DNA from: Octopus vulgaris
Lineage: Eukaryota
DNA: 64,000 nt
Direction: 5' to 3'
Assembly: GCA_951406725.2 (NCBI GenBank)
Contig: OX597821.1
Span: 74,152,001-74,216,000, forward strand
Positions 41,954 through 55,848 of the stretch are shown here, in pieces. The notes under the pieces are model-generated. The model was not told the DNA's origin, made no database searches, and saw nothing but the letters and a program-made list of their open reading frames with translations. Every line of letters begins with the position of its first letter. The first letter of the stretch is position 1. The translations under genes and the position numbers were made by a program.

Positions 41954-41982
41954 GAGAGATAAACAGATAGATAGATAGATAG

Positions 41983-42024
<42 letters not shown>

Positions 42025-42570
42025 TAAGATAGACAGATATATATATATATATATAAATATATATATATATCGTGAGAGAGATAGGTAGGTAGATAGATAG
42101 ATAAAGAGGTAGATAGACAGATAGATAGACAGATAGATAGATATTTACGCTACTAAGCAAACATGAGGATAGGAGGAGACTTCGCAAAGTTTGTAAAAAG
42201 TTTAAATCACATTTAAGAGACTTTCGAACATAACGCAAACACTTTTGTTCCTTTGAATTTTATTAAAAAAACATTGTCTACAAACAGCGATAATAAAAAA
42301 ATAATACGACAGGAATTAGAATGATATATATTCTTTGGATATGAAAGAAATATGCTCTCAAATTGAAGATCATTAAAATATTTTGTATGAAAATAGCAAG
42401 TAATTAATCGCTAATGGTTTAATAACCTGGTAATGGCTTTTTTGTGAAAGTGGTTTCGCCGCAACAATTTCGAAACAAGACATTACACAAATAATAGTTC
42501 CTCGCTCGCTAAACGAATTTATATGCAGACAATAAAACACTTCAAATATGGGCGAATATTGCAGACATAT

Positions 42571-42613
<43 letters not shown>

Positions 42614-42787
42614 TGTGTGTGTGTGTACGCGTATAATATATAAATGTATACATATGCATATGTAATATATATATATTATATGTATATCAATAAATAAATG
42701 TATGCATATATATATGTATAAATATATGTGTGTACACACACACTCACACGCACAAGCACGCATATATATGCATAAGTACATATATAT

Positions 42788-42820
<33 letters not shown>

Positions 42821-43293
42821 TATACACTCACATAGATATATAAATATATATATAAGTACATGTATATAATTTTTCACATACATATTTACACATACACACA
42901 CAGGTATATATGTACGTGTATATCTTGTTTTTCTTTTTTTGTTTCAGCTTAGAGCTGCGGCCATGCACCGTATATAACATGTATATATATATATACATGT
43001 TATATACTTTATAGTAAATACATTATATATACATAAGTGTATATATATATATATATATGTGTCTACGTGTGTTATTTGTTATATACACGTTATATGCATA
43101 TAATATATTTATATATGTATATATATATATTTACACGCACACATGCACATGAAGATACCCGCGCATACATGCACACACAAACACACACACACATATTGAG
43201 ATTTATAACTACATATATATGTACATGTATATGTAAAAGAATACAAAAAACGGCACAAGAACGCAATACATGTGTGTGTGAGTGTGTACACTA

Positions 43294-43335
<42 letters not shown>

Positions 43336-43949
43336 GTATGCTGTATGTATGTATGTATACGCGCACACTTGCGTTCATGCGTATCTATACATATGTATAA
43401 TGAATATATAAACGTGTAATATATAGAACTAATTGTGTTCATAGAAGATTTTGTATTGCTATTTATACATGATGATAAATACGTATAAAAGCACTCACGA
43501 GTGGTTAGTCCTACATCCACACTTGCCAAAACACACCTGACAAACACATGCATATCCGTGTGTTGTGTTGTGGGGATACGTACCGTTACGTTTACCGTTT
43601 TTTTTTGGGGGGGGGGGGCATAGCTTTGGTGGAATAAGAATGCTAAAAGGAATGGATTATCTTTGCTTATTTCATCGACTCATGAAGACTAAGAGTGAAG
43701 TCGTTCCAGTGTATTTGCTCATCGTATCTCGAATATATTAGCAAACTTAAAATGTCTTGAAGAAATATCCAAATGCATTTTGTATGACATTAAAGCAGTG
43801 AGAACTTGGATTAGCACAAGGTGAAATTCGAATTTAATTGTGACTAATTATCTTTCTTGATATTAATGTTATAAGTTCATTAATAATTGTTATCAATTCA
43901 ACACCATAAATGTTATTGTAGGCACACAACTAGCTTCCACGCACACATA

Positions 43950-44162
43950 TTGGTTTCAAATTTTGGCACAAGGCCAGCAATTTCGGAAGGTGAGGTTGAG
44001 TCGTTGAAATCGACCCCAGTGCCCAACTGTTACAATTTTTCGACCCTGAAAGGATGAAATAAAGTCGACCTCGGCGGAATTTGAACTCAGAACGTAACGA
44101 CGGGCGAAATACCTCTAAGCATTTCGTCCGACGCGCTAACGATTCTGCCAGCTCACCTCCTT
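43950..44162 (-). mobile_element. SINE family 3, full length
   Basis: Minus strand GAGCTGGCAGAATCGTTAG...GAGTTCAAATTCCGCCGAGGTCGAC...GGCCTTGTGCCAAAATTTGAAACC. Confidence 0.85.
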
Positions 44163-44627
44163 GCGTTCACAACATTTCAGAAAGAGATTTCTTTGTCTAC
44201 AGAGCCAGATGCTGGCCTTAGTATTGTCAACATTTTGCATTTTGTGCATGCACTGTGAAAGAGTTTATACATGCATATAAATACATACATACGTACACAT
44301 ACATACACCCATGCATATATCCATTCATACATATAACCGTCCATAGAGATACGCATTCATGCATATGTGTGTGTTACTGTGAGTGTATATACGTCCGGTT
44401 TCCTTGTATGTCTTCACTGTTATATTTTTGTTTCCAACTTTGACTCTCCATAAATCCCCAAAATTATTTTAGAATTCATTTTAGAATTTACTGACTTTGA
44501 AGACTCATATTGTCGTTTGAATGCTCGAAATGACGAGCAGATAGACGACCGACAACTGATGAAGGGTCCTTTTCCTGTTTTAACTTGTCCTGTTTTCCAT
44601 TCTTCTCGTTGTTGTCACAATTCAGGC

Positions 44628-44900
44628 GAGTGCCAGATTGGCGTAGTCGTGTAGGCCTGCGCCTCTGGAGCCGGCGATCCGGGTGCGAACCCCACAAAAA
44701 CAGTGAGAGATAAGAACTCTCACACCTGGGGCATCCGAGCGCTCGCCAGTGTACCCAGCCGGAAACGGGTACTTAACCTTTCTCAGGGCCGCAACACACG
44801 TCACAGAGAAACCAATCCCACCTGCCTCTGAGGACCACCTGCTGTTACGCTCTCCCCGAGTTTCTTTCCACCACACTAGTAAGCACATCAATGCAAAACA
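44628..44900 (+). mobile_element. Distinct tRNA-derived SINE-like element
   Basis: TGGCGTAGTCG A-box-like, CCGGGTGCGAACCCC B-box-like, GTGTACCCAGC...CGGGTAC CORE/Nin-like motif; single copy in the window. Confidence 0.55.
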
Positions 44901-44982
44901 AGGTGGGAAAAGATAGTTCTCGAATATCAAAAGTAGAGTAATATGCTTTTTTTATTAAAGTTGCAAAAAGATCACAAAACGC

Positions 44983-45018
44983 TTTTACTCCGAGTTTCAC
45001 GTTGCCGTTCGTCAGACA
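44983..45018 (-). ncRNA. Compact type-I hammerhead motif
   Basis: UGU-CUGACGA-ACG(GCAA)CGU-GAA-ACUCGGAGU-A-AAA; canonical core, GNRA-capped stem II, one mismatch in stem I. Confidence 0.65.
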
Positions 45019-45031
45019 TTTGTGATAAAGT

Positions 45032-45101
<70 letters not shown>

Positions 45102-45105
<4 letters not shown>

Positions 45106-45320
45106 TTAATGAAAAACAAAAAACGAAGAAAAAACACAAGGAAAAACTACAACGCGAGGACGTGGTGCATGCAACGTCTTAAATAAGACGCTCAGGGAAA
45201 CAAAGAAAGGTAGTTTTATGTTTCGAGGAAAGTTCTTCTCCAGAAACAGGAAACAAAGGAAAGTTGAAGAGAAATGGAAGACGGAGGAAAAAGATCGCAA
45301 ACAATCCACCTGTGGTTACA
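45102..45320 (-). mobile_element. Penelope-like family B copy (degenerate hammerhead 45213-45247)
   Basis: TAGTTAATGAAAAAC...CAACGCGAGGACGTGG...GACGCTCAGG; tail abuts (TA)n. Confidence 0.65.
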
Positions 45321-45344
45321 TAACTTTTACTTTCCTTTATTCCC

Positions 45345-46070
45345 GTTATCTGTTTCAGCCATAGAGCTGCAGTCATCCTGGGGCACCACCGTGACTGTAA
45401 CCATTCCTTATGCCGTTCGTTTATTATGTATTTACTTTCTTTTCTTTGTTGTTGGCTCATTTGGTGCTTATGAGTGTTTGGCATCGCGCTCTTCGTCTCT
45501 ACTTCATTGTTCGCCCGGTATCGTGCATAGAAAAACTGTCCAATTCCATGTTAATGTCAGCCACATGCCGTAGTTTTCTTAATTCTTTTGTCAGGGCAAT
45601 GAACAGCTGTGGGCCTTTGAACCCTGTGATCTTTCAGTTCTATTTCCTCATTTTAGATGGATTGGCTGGTATCTTTGGTACTACGCAGTGCCGAGGTAAG
45701 GTGCTAGCTCTTCCAGAATGTTCCTCATATAAATTAATGCATATCTCTTGCATCTTTGCTTCATGGAGTAAAGTCGTCGTTTTTCCAGTCTCTCTCTTTG
45801 TAGTTCATCCGCTGAACTTTCACAATCTTTTTAGTGTAGTAACATTGGAATCCTTGAAGCTCCGCTGTTACTCTGACACTATGCAATGACCACTGCTACG
45901 AGCTGTAGTCCAGGCAGTTGGGAGCAAAGATTTTGCACAAGATTAGAATGACTTTACAAGCCATCCTGCCAATCGCCTACACTTTGTTGCCATGTTGGTT
46001 AAGATGCATTTGAAATAGTGCATCATTACACGTGAACCCAGGCCTCGCAGTGTGTCTGTAAGTCTGGGAT
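45345..46070 (-). mobile_element. CR1/L2-like LINE 3' remnant (RT C-terminus)
   Basis: Minus frames: RRLAGWLVKSF, LDYSS*WS, MNYKERLEKRRLYSMKQRCKRYALIY, GFKGPQLF; many stops. Confidence 0.7.
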
Positions 46071-46302
46071 TGCAGTGCCTTTGGATCCTGTATATACTAC
46101 ATATTTGTGTGTGTGCATGTGTGTGCGTGTGTATATGTGTATGTGTGTGTATGTATGTGTGCACTTGTATGTATGTGTGTGAATGTGTATGTGTATTAGT
46201 GTATGAACTTGTGTGGTCGTATGTTCCGATTGAAATTCGCTGCGCTCTCCCAATTATCACTGTTCAACCTGAATACTCTCTCTATTTTTCTCACACACAC
46301 TA

Positions 46303-46333
<31 letters not shown>

Positions 46334-46336
46334 TAC

Positions 46337-46389
<53 letters not shown>

Positions 46390-46687
46390 CTTAAACATGC
46401 ATGCATACATACATACCTTGGGTCAAGGTTACAAACCGGCTCTTTCTCTATTCACAAGAAATATTGAAATAAAACTGAACAATGACAGGCTTACATGTAT
46501 CTATATATACATGTATATATGTACACACACATACACACACATGCATATATACATAGATATATAAATAAACACACTAACATGTATACAGAATATACGTCTG
46601 TAAGTATACAGGACCAGTCTTTTTCTCTCACACATAGACATATATATATATACATACGTACATACATTCTCTAACACATACACGAAT

Positions 46688-47568
46688 TTGAGGTGGTATA
46701 AAAGGTTTCCTGACTAGTTCTGTAGCGCGCCAACCGATGGCAGCACACAGCTACGTGCGCAATGGGAGCTAGCAGTGATTTTTATGAGGTAGTGTGCTGA
46801 GTGTCACAGCTGGGTTTATTTCGCAAGTTGTGAAATTTGTGTTTTTGTGATCACGTGTGTATGTTGCAGTCTTCGGTTTTGTCATGGACAGGAACAAAGA
46901 GCCAACGTGACATTTTGCGTTAAACTTGGGAAGTCAGCTACAGAGACATTGGGTATACTTCGGTAAACTTACGGTAACGAGGCAGTTGGTCGTACGCAAT
47001 GTTTCGGGTGACATAGCCACTTCAGGAGCGGAAGAGCGTCCTTGGAAGACGATGAGCGATCCTCCTATGTGCGTCATCCATGGAAATGAAGTATTGCGCA
47101 TCAAGAATTCGACCGATCCCCAGATACAGAGCGTCAATCGTGAGTTCTACTGCGACATTTTGAGGGAGGACATTCAGTGAAAGCGACCGGATTTGTTGAT
47201 CGCGAAGAATTGGAATCCTCATCGATCTCTCCTCATTCGTGAGTTTCTCGCAAAATACAATTTCTGCAGCCACCATATTCGCCAGATTTAGCAGTTGCGG
47301 ACTTCCACCTCTTTCCCCAACATGAAAATGCAGCTCAAAGGTCGTCGTTTTAACACTGTTGTGGAGATCCAGAGCGAATCGTAGAACGTCCTTCACTCGC
47401 CTGCTGAAAGCGACTTCCAGACTGGATTCCAAAAGAAGTAGGAACGCTGAGACCGGTGTATTGCTGCGCAAGGTTACTATTTCGGAGGAGAGGCTCTTAT
47501 AGCGTAGGTAAATAAGTTACTTAGTTACTAAGCACCACTAGTCAGGGAACTTTTTGATACCATCTCAT
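46688..47568 (+). mobile_element. Internally deleted mariner element with both TIRs
   Basis: TGAGGTGGTATAAAAGGTTTCCTGACTAGT / ACTAGTCAGGGAACTTTTTGATACCATCTCA; remnants VNREFYCDILRE and PYSPDLAVADFHLFPNMKMQLKGRRF. Confidence 0.85.
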
Positions 47569-47864
47569 ACGTGTACATTGTTATATACACACACACATAC
47601 ACACACGCATACATACGTATGCGTGTGTGTGTGTGCGTGTGAGAGGGAGAGAGAGAGATAGAGAGAGAAAAGGAGAATCAAACATTAATTCTCAAATGTA
47701 GAATTGAATAAGTATAAATGGATAATATTATTCTGTGTATAGAGACATGCTTATACATACATACATACATACATACATACATACATACATACATACATAC
47801 ATACATACATACATACATGCATACATACATGAATAAATAAATAAATAAATAAATAAATAAGAAT

Positions 47865-48230
47865 CCTACTGACACCCTAAGACTACAAAATGACCTGAAT
47901 GCAATATATAAATGGGCTGATGAGAATAATATACAGTTCAATGTCGTCAAATTTCAAGCACTCTGCTATAAGCTCACAAACAAACTACAGCTGAAGTACA
48001 CGGGACCAGCAGGCAATGTCATCCCAGAGTTAGAGTCGATGCGTGACGTGGGAATCCACATGAGCAACGAATGTAACTTCCCATGTGCGCATTGCTCGGA
48101 AGGCAACGCTGCGTGTGCGGGTGGCAGGCTGGATCCTGAGATCCTTCAGGACTAGGAACAGAGACACAATGCTTCTGGACTACTGCTCCCAACTGTGGTT
48201 CCCGCAGAGTTTAAAACTAATTGCGTCTTC
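47865..48230 (+). mobile_element. CR1-like LINE RT fragment
   Basis: LQNDLNAIYKWADENNIQFNVVKFQAL, RDVGIHMSN, AGWILRSFRTRN, LDYCSQLW. Confidence 0.8.
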
Positions 48231-48581
48231 AAAAAATGTCTAGACAGTTTTTTTTTATCTGAAATTCCGGATGAACCCACATCGCGTCAAGAGGTACAAA
48301 GAAGAGCCGCAACGTCCAACTCGCTACTTCACCAGAAGAAATACTGGAAAAATCCCTGGATGCAGTAAACGCGGTGCACCACAGCGTCCTCAGCCTCGGA
48401 CTGAAACCCATAAAATATAAAAGATATATATGTGTGTGTGTATATATATATTGCCTTAGTTTTATTCGAACACATAAGACAGCTATTATGCTCACTCCCC
48501 ACAAAAAACCACCACGTGGATTCTGTTGAGACCAGTATGAAACAATTATGAACTTTTTTATTACACTTAACTTTTTAAAAT

Positions 48582-48629
48582 ATTTTTGATAAGGTTCGTT
48601 TTTTCAAGAAGAACCGAAACATGTAAAGT
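48582..48629 (+). ncRNA. Type-I hammerhead ribozyme, U3:A8 covariant core, all helices intact
   Basis: AUUU-UUGAUAA-GGUUC(13 nt)GAACC-GAA-ACAUGU-A-AAGU. Confidence 0.65.
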
Positions 48630-48676
48630 TTCTAAGATAATTAAAATTTATCTAATATAGTGGCGTTTTCCAACTT

Positions 48677-48800
<124 letters not shown>

Positions 48801-49408
48801 ATGTATGTATGTGTGTGTGTGTGATTCATATGTGCGTATCTATGTGTTTGTATATAATTCATATATAGACAGTTCCAGACCGAACTGTATCCATATGGTT
48901 ATTCCATATCCCCCATCCATATCAGCTGCTGATATTTACTTCTCCCCCACCCCCGGCCAACTAAACTACGTGAATTTGTAATACAATACATAACTCTAAC
49001 GTAGTTCTCTCGCATTACAATTTGAGGTGTCTCCCTAAGAATTATGAGATTGGTCGTGATTTACGAGGGTTACTGATCTGGGGTTTTGTACTTGGTCGCT
49101 CCACCACCCATTGGGGCTTTCAAAATGAACGACCAATAAGCGTTTAATCGTTTAGTTTTTTTTTTTACTTCATTTCAGGATTTCACTCTATCTGTTGTTA
49201 GAAAGGTTTCATTCCCCCCCCCCGCAGCCCCACCGCTTTCTATATCGCTCTGTCCTATTGTCAACATCTATCTGTTTCTCTGTTTATGCACACACATGCA
49301 TACGTACATGCATGCAGACATGTATACGTAAATACACTCATAGGATCTGGATGTGACAGCTATAAGTATATATATATATACATATATGTGTATATGTATG
49401 TATGTATG

Positions 49409-49442
<34 letters not shown>

Positions 49443-49466
49443 TGTATATACATACATATATATATA

Positions 49467-49539
<73 letters not shown>

Positions 49540-49671
49540 AATATTAGGGAATAAATCCAAACTTACAAGGAAAAAAAAATATATATATAACGTAAACAAA
49601 CCAGAAAGGCTTTGTATTTAAAAATTGTCGCTTCAAATCGGATCATATATATTATGGTAAAATATATATAT

Positions 49672-49825
49672 ATTTCTTTATTGCCCACTGGGGGCTCAAC
49701 GTAGAAGGAATAAACAAGGACAGGCAAAGGGATTAAGTCGATTAGATTGACCACTGTTCGTAACTGGTACTTACTTAATCGACCCCGAAAGGATGAAAGG
49801 TAAAATCGACCTCTGCGGAATTTGG
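49672..49825 (-). mobile_element. SINE family 3 with alternative (Tx1-like) tail
   Basis: Minus strand ...CCTTGTTTATTCCTTCTACGTTGAGCCCCCAGTGGGCAATAAAGAAA. Confidence 0.75.
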
Positions 49826-49914
49826 TATTTGGTGCACTTTTGTCGTAAGCCTTCCTGACTATTGCTCTCAACAATGGTCAAAGCACAGTCTGAAATTAAT
49901 AGCGGAAACCGAAG

Positions 49915-50445
49915 TTGTCCAGCGATGCTACACGAAGAAGATAACCATAAGGTATCAAATTAGCTACTGGGAAAAAGTGGAGAGGTTAAGACTTTACTCC
50001 CGGGAAAGAAGGTGGGAAAGATATGCTGCAGCATACATCTGGAAGATCTTAGAAGGACTTCGACTTAGAAAGTTATACAAACAACACAACCGGGTACCTT
50101 TGCAAGGTGCCAAATATGCTTCTGTTGGCGTCAAAACACTTGTCCAGATACTGTGATAGATTGGTATTCCAGGGCCTTACGGCTCTTTCACAATTCTCCC
50201 AAAGGAGCTGCGGAATCTACTTGGTATAGGCGTAGGTGTCTTCAAAGCCAAACAAGATCTCCTACTGTCAAGAGTCCCAGATGAGCCAACTTCACGGCAG
50301 GAAGAGAGAATGGGGTCAGCAGCATCAAACTCCCCTCTTCACCAATTACCAATTATTAAAGAAGGATTAATGAAGGTGTAGTAAAACCAGTTGGCGATGC
50401 CTCCGCATGACTACAACCCTTCAGCTGAAACAACAAGAACAACAA
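49915..50445 (+). mobile_element. CR1-like LINE 3' end, probable continuation of 47865-48230
   Basis: ERYAAAYIWKILEG, LFTILPKELRNL, VFKAKQDLLLSRVPDEP; followed by an (AAC)n/(ACT)n tail. Confidence 0.75.
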
Positions 50446-50508
50446 CAACGACTACAACAACAACAACAACAACTACTACTACTACTACTACTACTATACT
50501 ACTACTAC

Positions 50509-50556
<48 letters not shown>

Positions 50557-50687
50557 GGATTATTAAAGAGGCTGCAAGCAGTAATGAAAATTTTAGAAAC
50601 AAAAATTAAATAAATAAAATGAGTGGAAATTGAACCGGTGAGTGTGTTAATTAATTAGACATTAAAACAAAATGACTCTCCCAAGAC

Positions 50688-50774
<87 letters not shown>

Positions 50775-50945
50775 TGTATGTATGTATGTATGTAGGTATG
50801 TATGTGTGTATGCATGTATGTTTGATGTGTATATATATATATATATATATGATTGTTAATGTAAGGATAACGGACCGAATATATCAGATTCTAAGGATGA
50901 TAATTCCTAATCTCAGATATTCAGGGACAAATTACCATTAACTTT

Positions 50946-50989
<44 letters not shown>

Positions 50990-51128
50990 ACTCACATACG
51001 CCCCCTCTCCACACACAGATACCTACAAACAAATCAAGCATATAAACACAAATTATACCGTATATATATACATATATATATATATACATATATATACATA
51101 CATACATGTATACATATACATACATACA

Positions 51129-51164
<36 letters not shown>

Positions 51165-51329
51165 AATATACCTTTGTAGGTGTATATCGTATATATTTGT
51201 ATAAAGTTTATGGTAATTTCTATCTGAATTACTGAGATTAGAAAGAATGATAATAATAACAACAAAAACAACAACAACAACAACAACAAAAACAACAACA
51301 ACAGCAACAACGACGACAACAACAACAAC

Positions 51330-51382
<53 letters not shown>

Positions 51383-51544
51383 GGCTTTCGCTAATTACCA
51401 CAAAGGGCCTATAATCACGTTGGGAACGGTACTGGACAATACAATATGGTGGTCACACAAAGACGCGTATGAAAAGTAGAAAACTGATAAAATATATTTT
51501 AACGATGAATAATTTTCTAAAACAAGGAGACTTCCTGAGGTTGC

Positions 51545-52240
51545 TCGCGAGACCACACAAAACTACGAGGGTCCAGGAAGATGGCCCATATCTTGAAATC
51601 CAAACCTTTCTTGAACAATACCGCAGTTCCACTCTACTCTCTTTTCCTCGTTGACATGGATATGAGAAAATATCGTATCCATGGCATGAAAGGTTGAGTA
51701 TCGGAAAATCTGGTCTCACTGATAGCCACAACATCTATACCTAGCAAGCAACCTGAGGTCATTGAATAAGTGGCCTTGTTTCTAAGGCGATCCTAGGCCA
51801 CATTCATTTATACTTCCTATTCGGAACCCGGCCATGTTAATGAGAGAGAAAGAAGGAACAAAAAAGAGATTTTGTAAGGGAGCAGGGATAGCTGTTCCGT
51901 CCACCTATTCAGATGTGGGTGTTTCCACGAGCATTTTTTTCATGGTGTTATGTGTGTTTTGTGCTATTCGTATGATTTTTATGTACATTGGTTTGTTGTT
52001 TGTTGATGAGAAGAAATCCGTCTGAGTGATGTTTGTGATTGTGTTCCATTCGTGATTTTGTCTTTCGTGTTTATGGAAGTGAATTTTTTTAGTTGTTTTT
52101 GTTTTTGATTTGTGTGCATGATAGTATTTGCTGGTGTTTGAGATGTTGGCTGTGTCCGTAGTAGTGGTAGTTGTGATGGGGATGTTACTGTTCGTAATGT
52201 TGGTGTTATGGTTGTTGGAGATGGTGCTGGTGCTTCAGGT
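51545..52240 (-). mobile_element. Tx1/L1-clade LINE fragment: ORF1 3' end, spacer and ORF2 AP-endonuclease start
   Basis: Minus ATG at 51835: MAGFRIGSINECGLGSP*KQGHLFNDL, IDVVAISETRFS, SGTAVLFKKGLDF (APE N-terminal motifs); T/N/K-rich ORF1-like sequence upstream. Confidence 0.7.
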
Positions 52241-52269
52241 AACGTAATCGTTTATTTCCCTCTGTTATT

Positions 52270-52437
52270 GATCTCAAATTTTGGCACAAGGCCAACAATT
52301 TCGGGGTAGTGGGTAAGTCGATAAAATAAGTGCTTAACTGGTACTTATTTTATCGACCCCGAAAGGATGAAGAGCAAAGTGTACCCCAGTGGAGTGACGC
52401 ATTGTGCTCTGCCTGTTAATGATTCTACCAGCTCACT
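52270..52437 (-). mobile_element. SINE family 3 (internally deleted)
   Basis: AAATTTTGGCACAAGGCC...ATCGACCCCGAAAGGATGAA...GATTCTACCAGCTC. Confidence 0.75.
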
Positions 52438-52921
52438 TGAAAGTGAGAGGGTTTCAAGGTAGGAGAAAAAAATGATTTGAATTTGCATGTTAAAGTACAT
52501 CGGATCAAACCCTCAATGATGCCAACGGAGTACTAGACGCAGTGTTTTGCTTGATGTTGTCTCTTGCCAAGCAGATTCCATCTCGGTCATTTGGAGATAA
52601 GTAGGAACTTTGTTCTTAGCTATAGGAAACAGCGAAAAATACGTTTCGTAATCTGTGTTGGGGTATGCCAATCAGGAATTTATTTAGTATAAGCACATAT
52701 AGCAGCGAATGTGTCTGCTACTGAAGAGACGAATTCACACCGAAACACCATGTCTGGTAATGCAATGTAGTGACTAGGGCTCGACTCAATGTCTCCGAGA
52801 CAAAAGCTCGCAGTTAATTCCTTTCACTTTCACTTTCTAGTCTGCAACAGCATTAACAATAGTGGTGTAGGGTTTTATTATTATGAGTAGTAGTTTTGAA
52901 AATATTTATTTATAGACATAG

Positions 52922-53112
52922 TGGAGGCGCGTGTCTTAGTGGTTAGGGTGTCAGCATCATGATCGTAAGATTGTGGTTTCGATTCCAGTCCACTCAGCTG
53001 GCAAAAATGAGTAACGCTGCGATGGACTGGCGTCCCTTCCAGCTGGGGAACGCATACGCAATAGAAACCGGGCCCATGAGCCTGGCTAGGCCTTAAAAGG
53101 GCGCATTTATTT
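52922..53112 (+). mobile_element. SINE family 4 (V-domain-like)
   Basis: TAGTGGTTAGG/GGTTTCGATTCC head, CTGCGATGGACTGGCGTCCC.TCCAG...GAAACCGGG, ATTT tail. Confidence 0.75.
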
Positions 53113-53817
53113 TTATTTGGAGACATAGATTAAAAGTACGCACTACTGAGATTTGAACTCAGAAAGTAAAGATATGTGACTACTTACTGTTAAAAAACGT
53201 AGCCTGATATTAAGCCAACTCTGCTTCCTTTCTGTTCTTGTATTAGAGGTTCGTGTATCATAAATGAGAGGAAAGTGTAAATATTAGTCAGCAAACTCCT
53301 CTGAATATCAGACTATAATTTATTCATCAGAACATTCAATATGTCTTATATTATTATGCTCATGCTAATTTTATCTCTGATACTCTGATATAAATTCTCA
53401 TTATTAACAACACATTTTCTCAGCTTAGCGTTAAACTTTTATATAGCTTGCCATTGTTAATCGCTTGAGCTGTAACTAAACTGCGGGGCACATTGCCGAT
53501 GTGTTTCGAAAACAGAAAGCTAAATAACGTCTACGATTATAATATGATATTTTATATTCGTTTTATATTGTTTTTCTGGACAATAAACCCTAAGATATTC
53601 TCCTCTGTTAGATTGAAGGGACGAAAAAGATGTATTCTCGCGGAAAAGGTGCCATTAATATTTGTAATGGTTGTTAGATATTCAAGAGAGAAGCTATCTC
53701 GATAGCTGACTGTATCAGCGTAGTTTTCCGCTCGAGTATATAATCATTTGGGCGGGCCACCCACTAAATGACCACCGACTTAGAAAACTATCTGTTGTAC
53801 TTCTTCCTGAACCTTAC

Positions 53818-54002
53818 CACAATCCGCATTAATATTTATAATTTCAGCCACGGGAAGCCGGCGCTTAGTACCTCTAACGTCGGTTTCTACTGTCAAGTGA
53901 AAGTGCCCGGATCAATGAAAGGTCTCAAGGAATATTGGTTCCGTAATGCTGTAATTTGCAGCTGTGGCTGACGTTCGGCCGAAATATTCTTCAAACAATA
54001 AT
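53818..54002 (-). other. Candidate spliced non-coding exon (185 nt)
   Basis: Minus acceptor TTTTTCTTTTTCTTTTACAG and donor GTG|GTAAGG; apparently unique sequence; stops in all three frames. Confidence 0.35.
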
Positions 54003-54779
54003 CTGTAAAAGAAAAAGAAAAACAGACGCGTTGTCCATTAGTATGTATTAGCTAACCCTTTGTAAAGATGTACTTTCATTAAATAGTAAGCGAGTGGTCT
54101 ATCGTCTATTGAAGAAACTTGGCGTTCTGTTAAACGAGTGCATGTCTTTCCTACAATGCAGTAATTAACCTTCACACTTAGCGAACAAATCTACAAAACA
54201 GCTGAGGCAGTAAAGCATCGTTGAGGGTTCGTGCCCAGATCACTAACATTGCTCTTGGTTAAGATATTTATTTTCTGTTAATTCAGTTGACTTAGAAGTA
54301 AATAGGGACCATGAGTAGGCACAGTTTTCATCAGTGGGTTTTATATAGAGAGAAAGATCTTTGAATGATTGATATAGACTGTTATACTATGATAGCCTGA
54401 AGTTCAATGTTCAAATCTTTGGAAGATAAACTCTCATTAGAACTAAATACACTTTCTCGAAGACTTACCATTATCGCTCTGGAATATTGTTCGTTTCTTA
54501 TTATAAGCATAAACTGTGAGAATTTGAAGGTAAAGACAAAGAAGATGCTGTGGCGTTCATTCCAGTGTTATTGCTACCATTCGTTAGACTCGTGTCAGTC
54601 CTGAGAGAACAGGTCAAGAATCAAAGGCATTCCAGCCATGACAACGACTATTTCTAACACAACATTAGGCATTTAACGATTGTCCTTTTTTTTTCTTCCG
54701 AGACAGTAACATGTAATTGGAGGGCGACTTGGTTTTTGTGTTTAGCGTGACAAACGAACACCTAAGACACGTTTTTTCA

Positions 54780-54941
54780 CTTGCACATGGATTAGTGGTT
54801 AAGAAGCTGTATTCACGCTCATAAGACTGTAGTTTCGATTTCGGCACAGGGTGATGCATTGTGTTCCTGAGCAAGCCGCTTTGTTCCATCTTACTCCAGT
54901 TCCCTGGGGACGTAAACACACAAGCACGCAAATACATACAC

Positions 54942-54991
<50 letters not shown>

Positions 54992-55105
54992 CTATGACGG
55001 GCTTCTTTCAGTTTCCGTCTACCAAATCCACACAGAAGGCTTTTGGTCCAAGGTGCCCCGTAGTGGTACTGAACCCAGAACCATGTGGTTGGGAAGCAAA
55101 CTTTT
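54780..55105. mobile_element. SINE family 4 head (+) fused to a SINE family 1 fragment (-)
   Basis: TAGTGGTTAAG...GTTTCGATT...TTCCTGAGCAAG, then GGGGACGTAAACAC...GACGGGCTTCTTTCAGTTTCCGTCTACC. Confidence 0.65.
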
Positions 55106-55110
55106 TATCA

Positions 55111-55244
<134 letters not shown>

Positions 55245-55777
55245 CATATATATATATCAATGGTTAAAGGTACTAACAGGCAGCAGCACCATGCTAAACA
55301 TAGCAGTCAAGATGACCTAGTCACAAGTTTTCACCTAATGTTTTTGTTCGTTTGCCCGCTTTCGCCTTTGTGTCTAAGTGAAAGCTTGTAGCTTGATCAT
55401 TTTGACTGCTATATTTAGCATGTCGCTAGTACCTGTTAGTACCCTTAAATATTAATTGATAATTTTTACCTTTATTGTTTTTTTGCGCATGCTAAACCAC
55501 TGATATCATTATAAACAATACTATATATATATATATAAGTACATTCAAAGGTGCACAAGATCAAATATGCACACTCACACGTGTATGTGTGTATTTGTGT
55601 GTATATGTTTCATATCCTTATATTAAAAGCGCTTGGGAAAAAAAATAATCCTACTTATGTTCGGTTACTTAGTGGTGCAAAATAATGTATTTCGTTAAAG
55701 GAAGCATCAGGCATACAAATAAGTGATCCCCCTCGACTGCAGACCTTCAAAGCAGGGACCGACCCAGCATCATTGTC

Positions 55778-55844
<67 letters not shown>

Positions 55845-55848
<4 letters not shown>

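Noticed and set aside
44495-44575. GCTCGAAA...CTGATGAAGGGT as a type-II hammerhead
   Set aside because: Stems I and III cannot be formed convincingly
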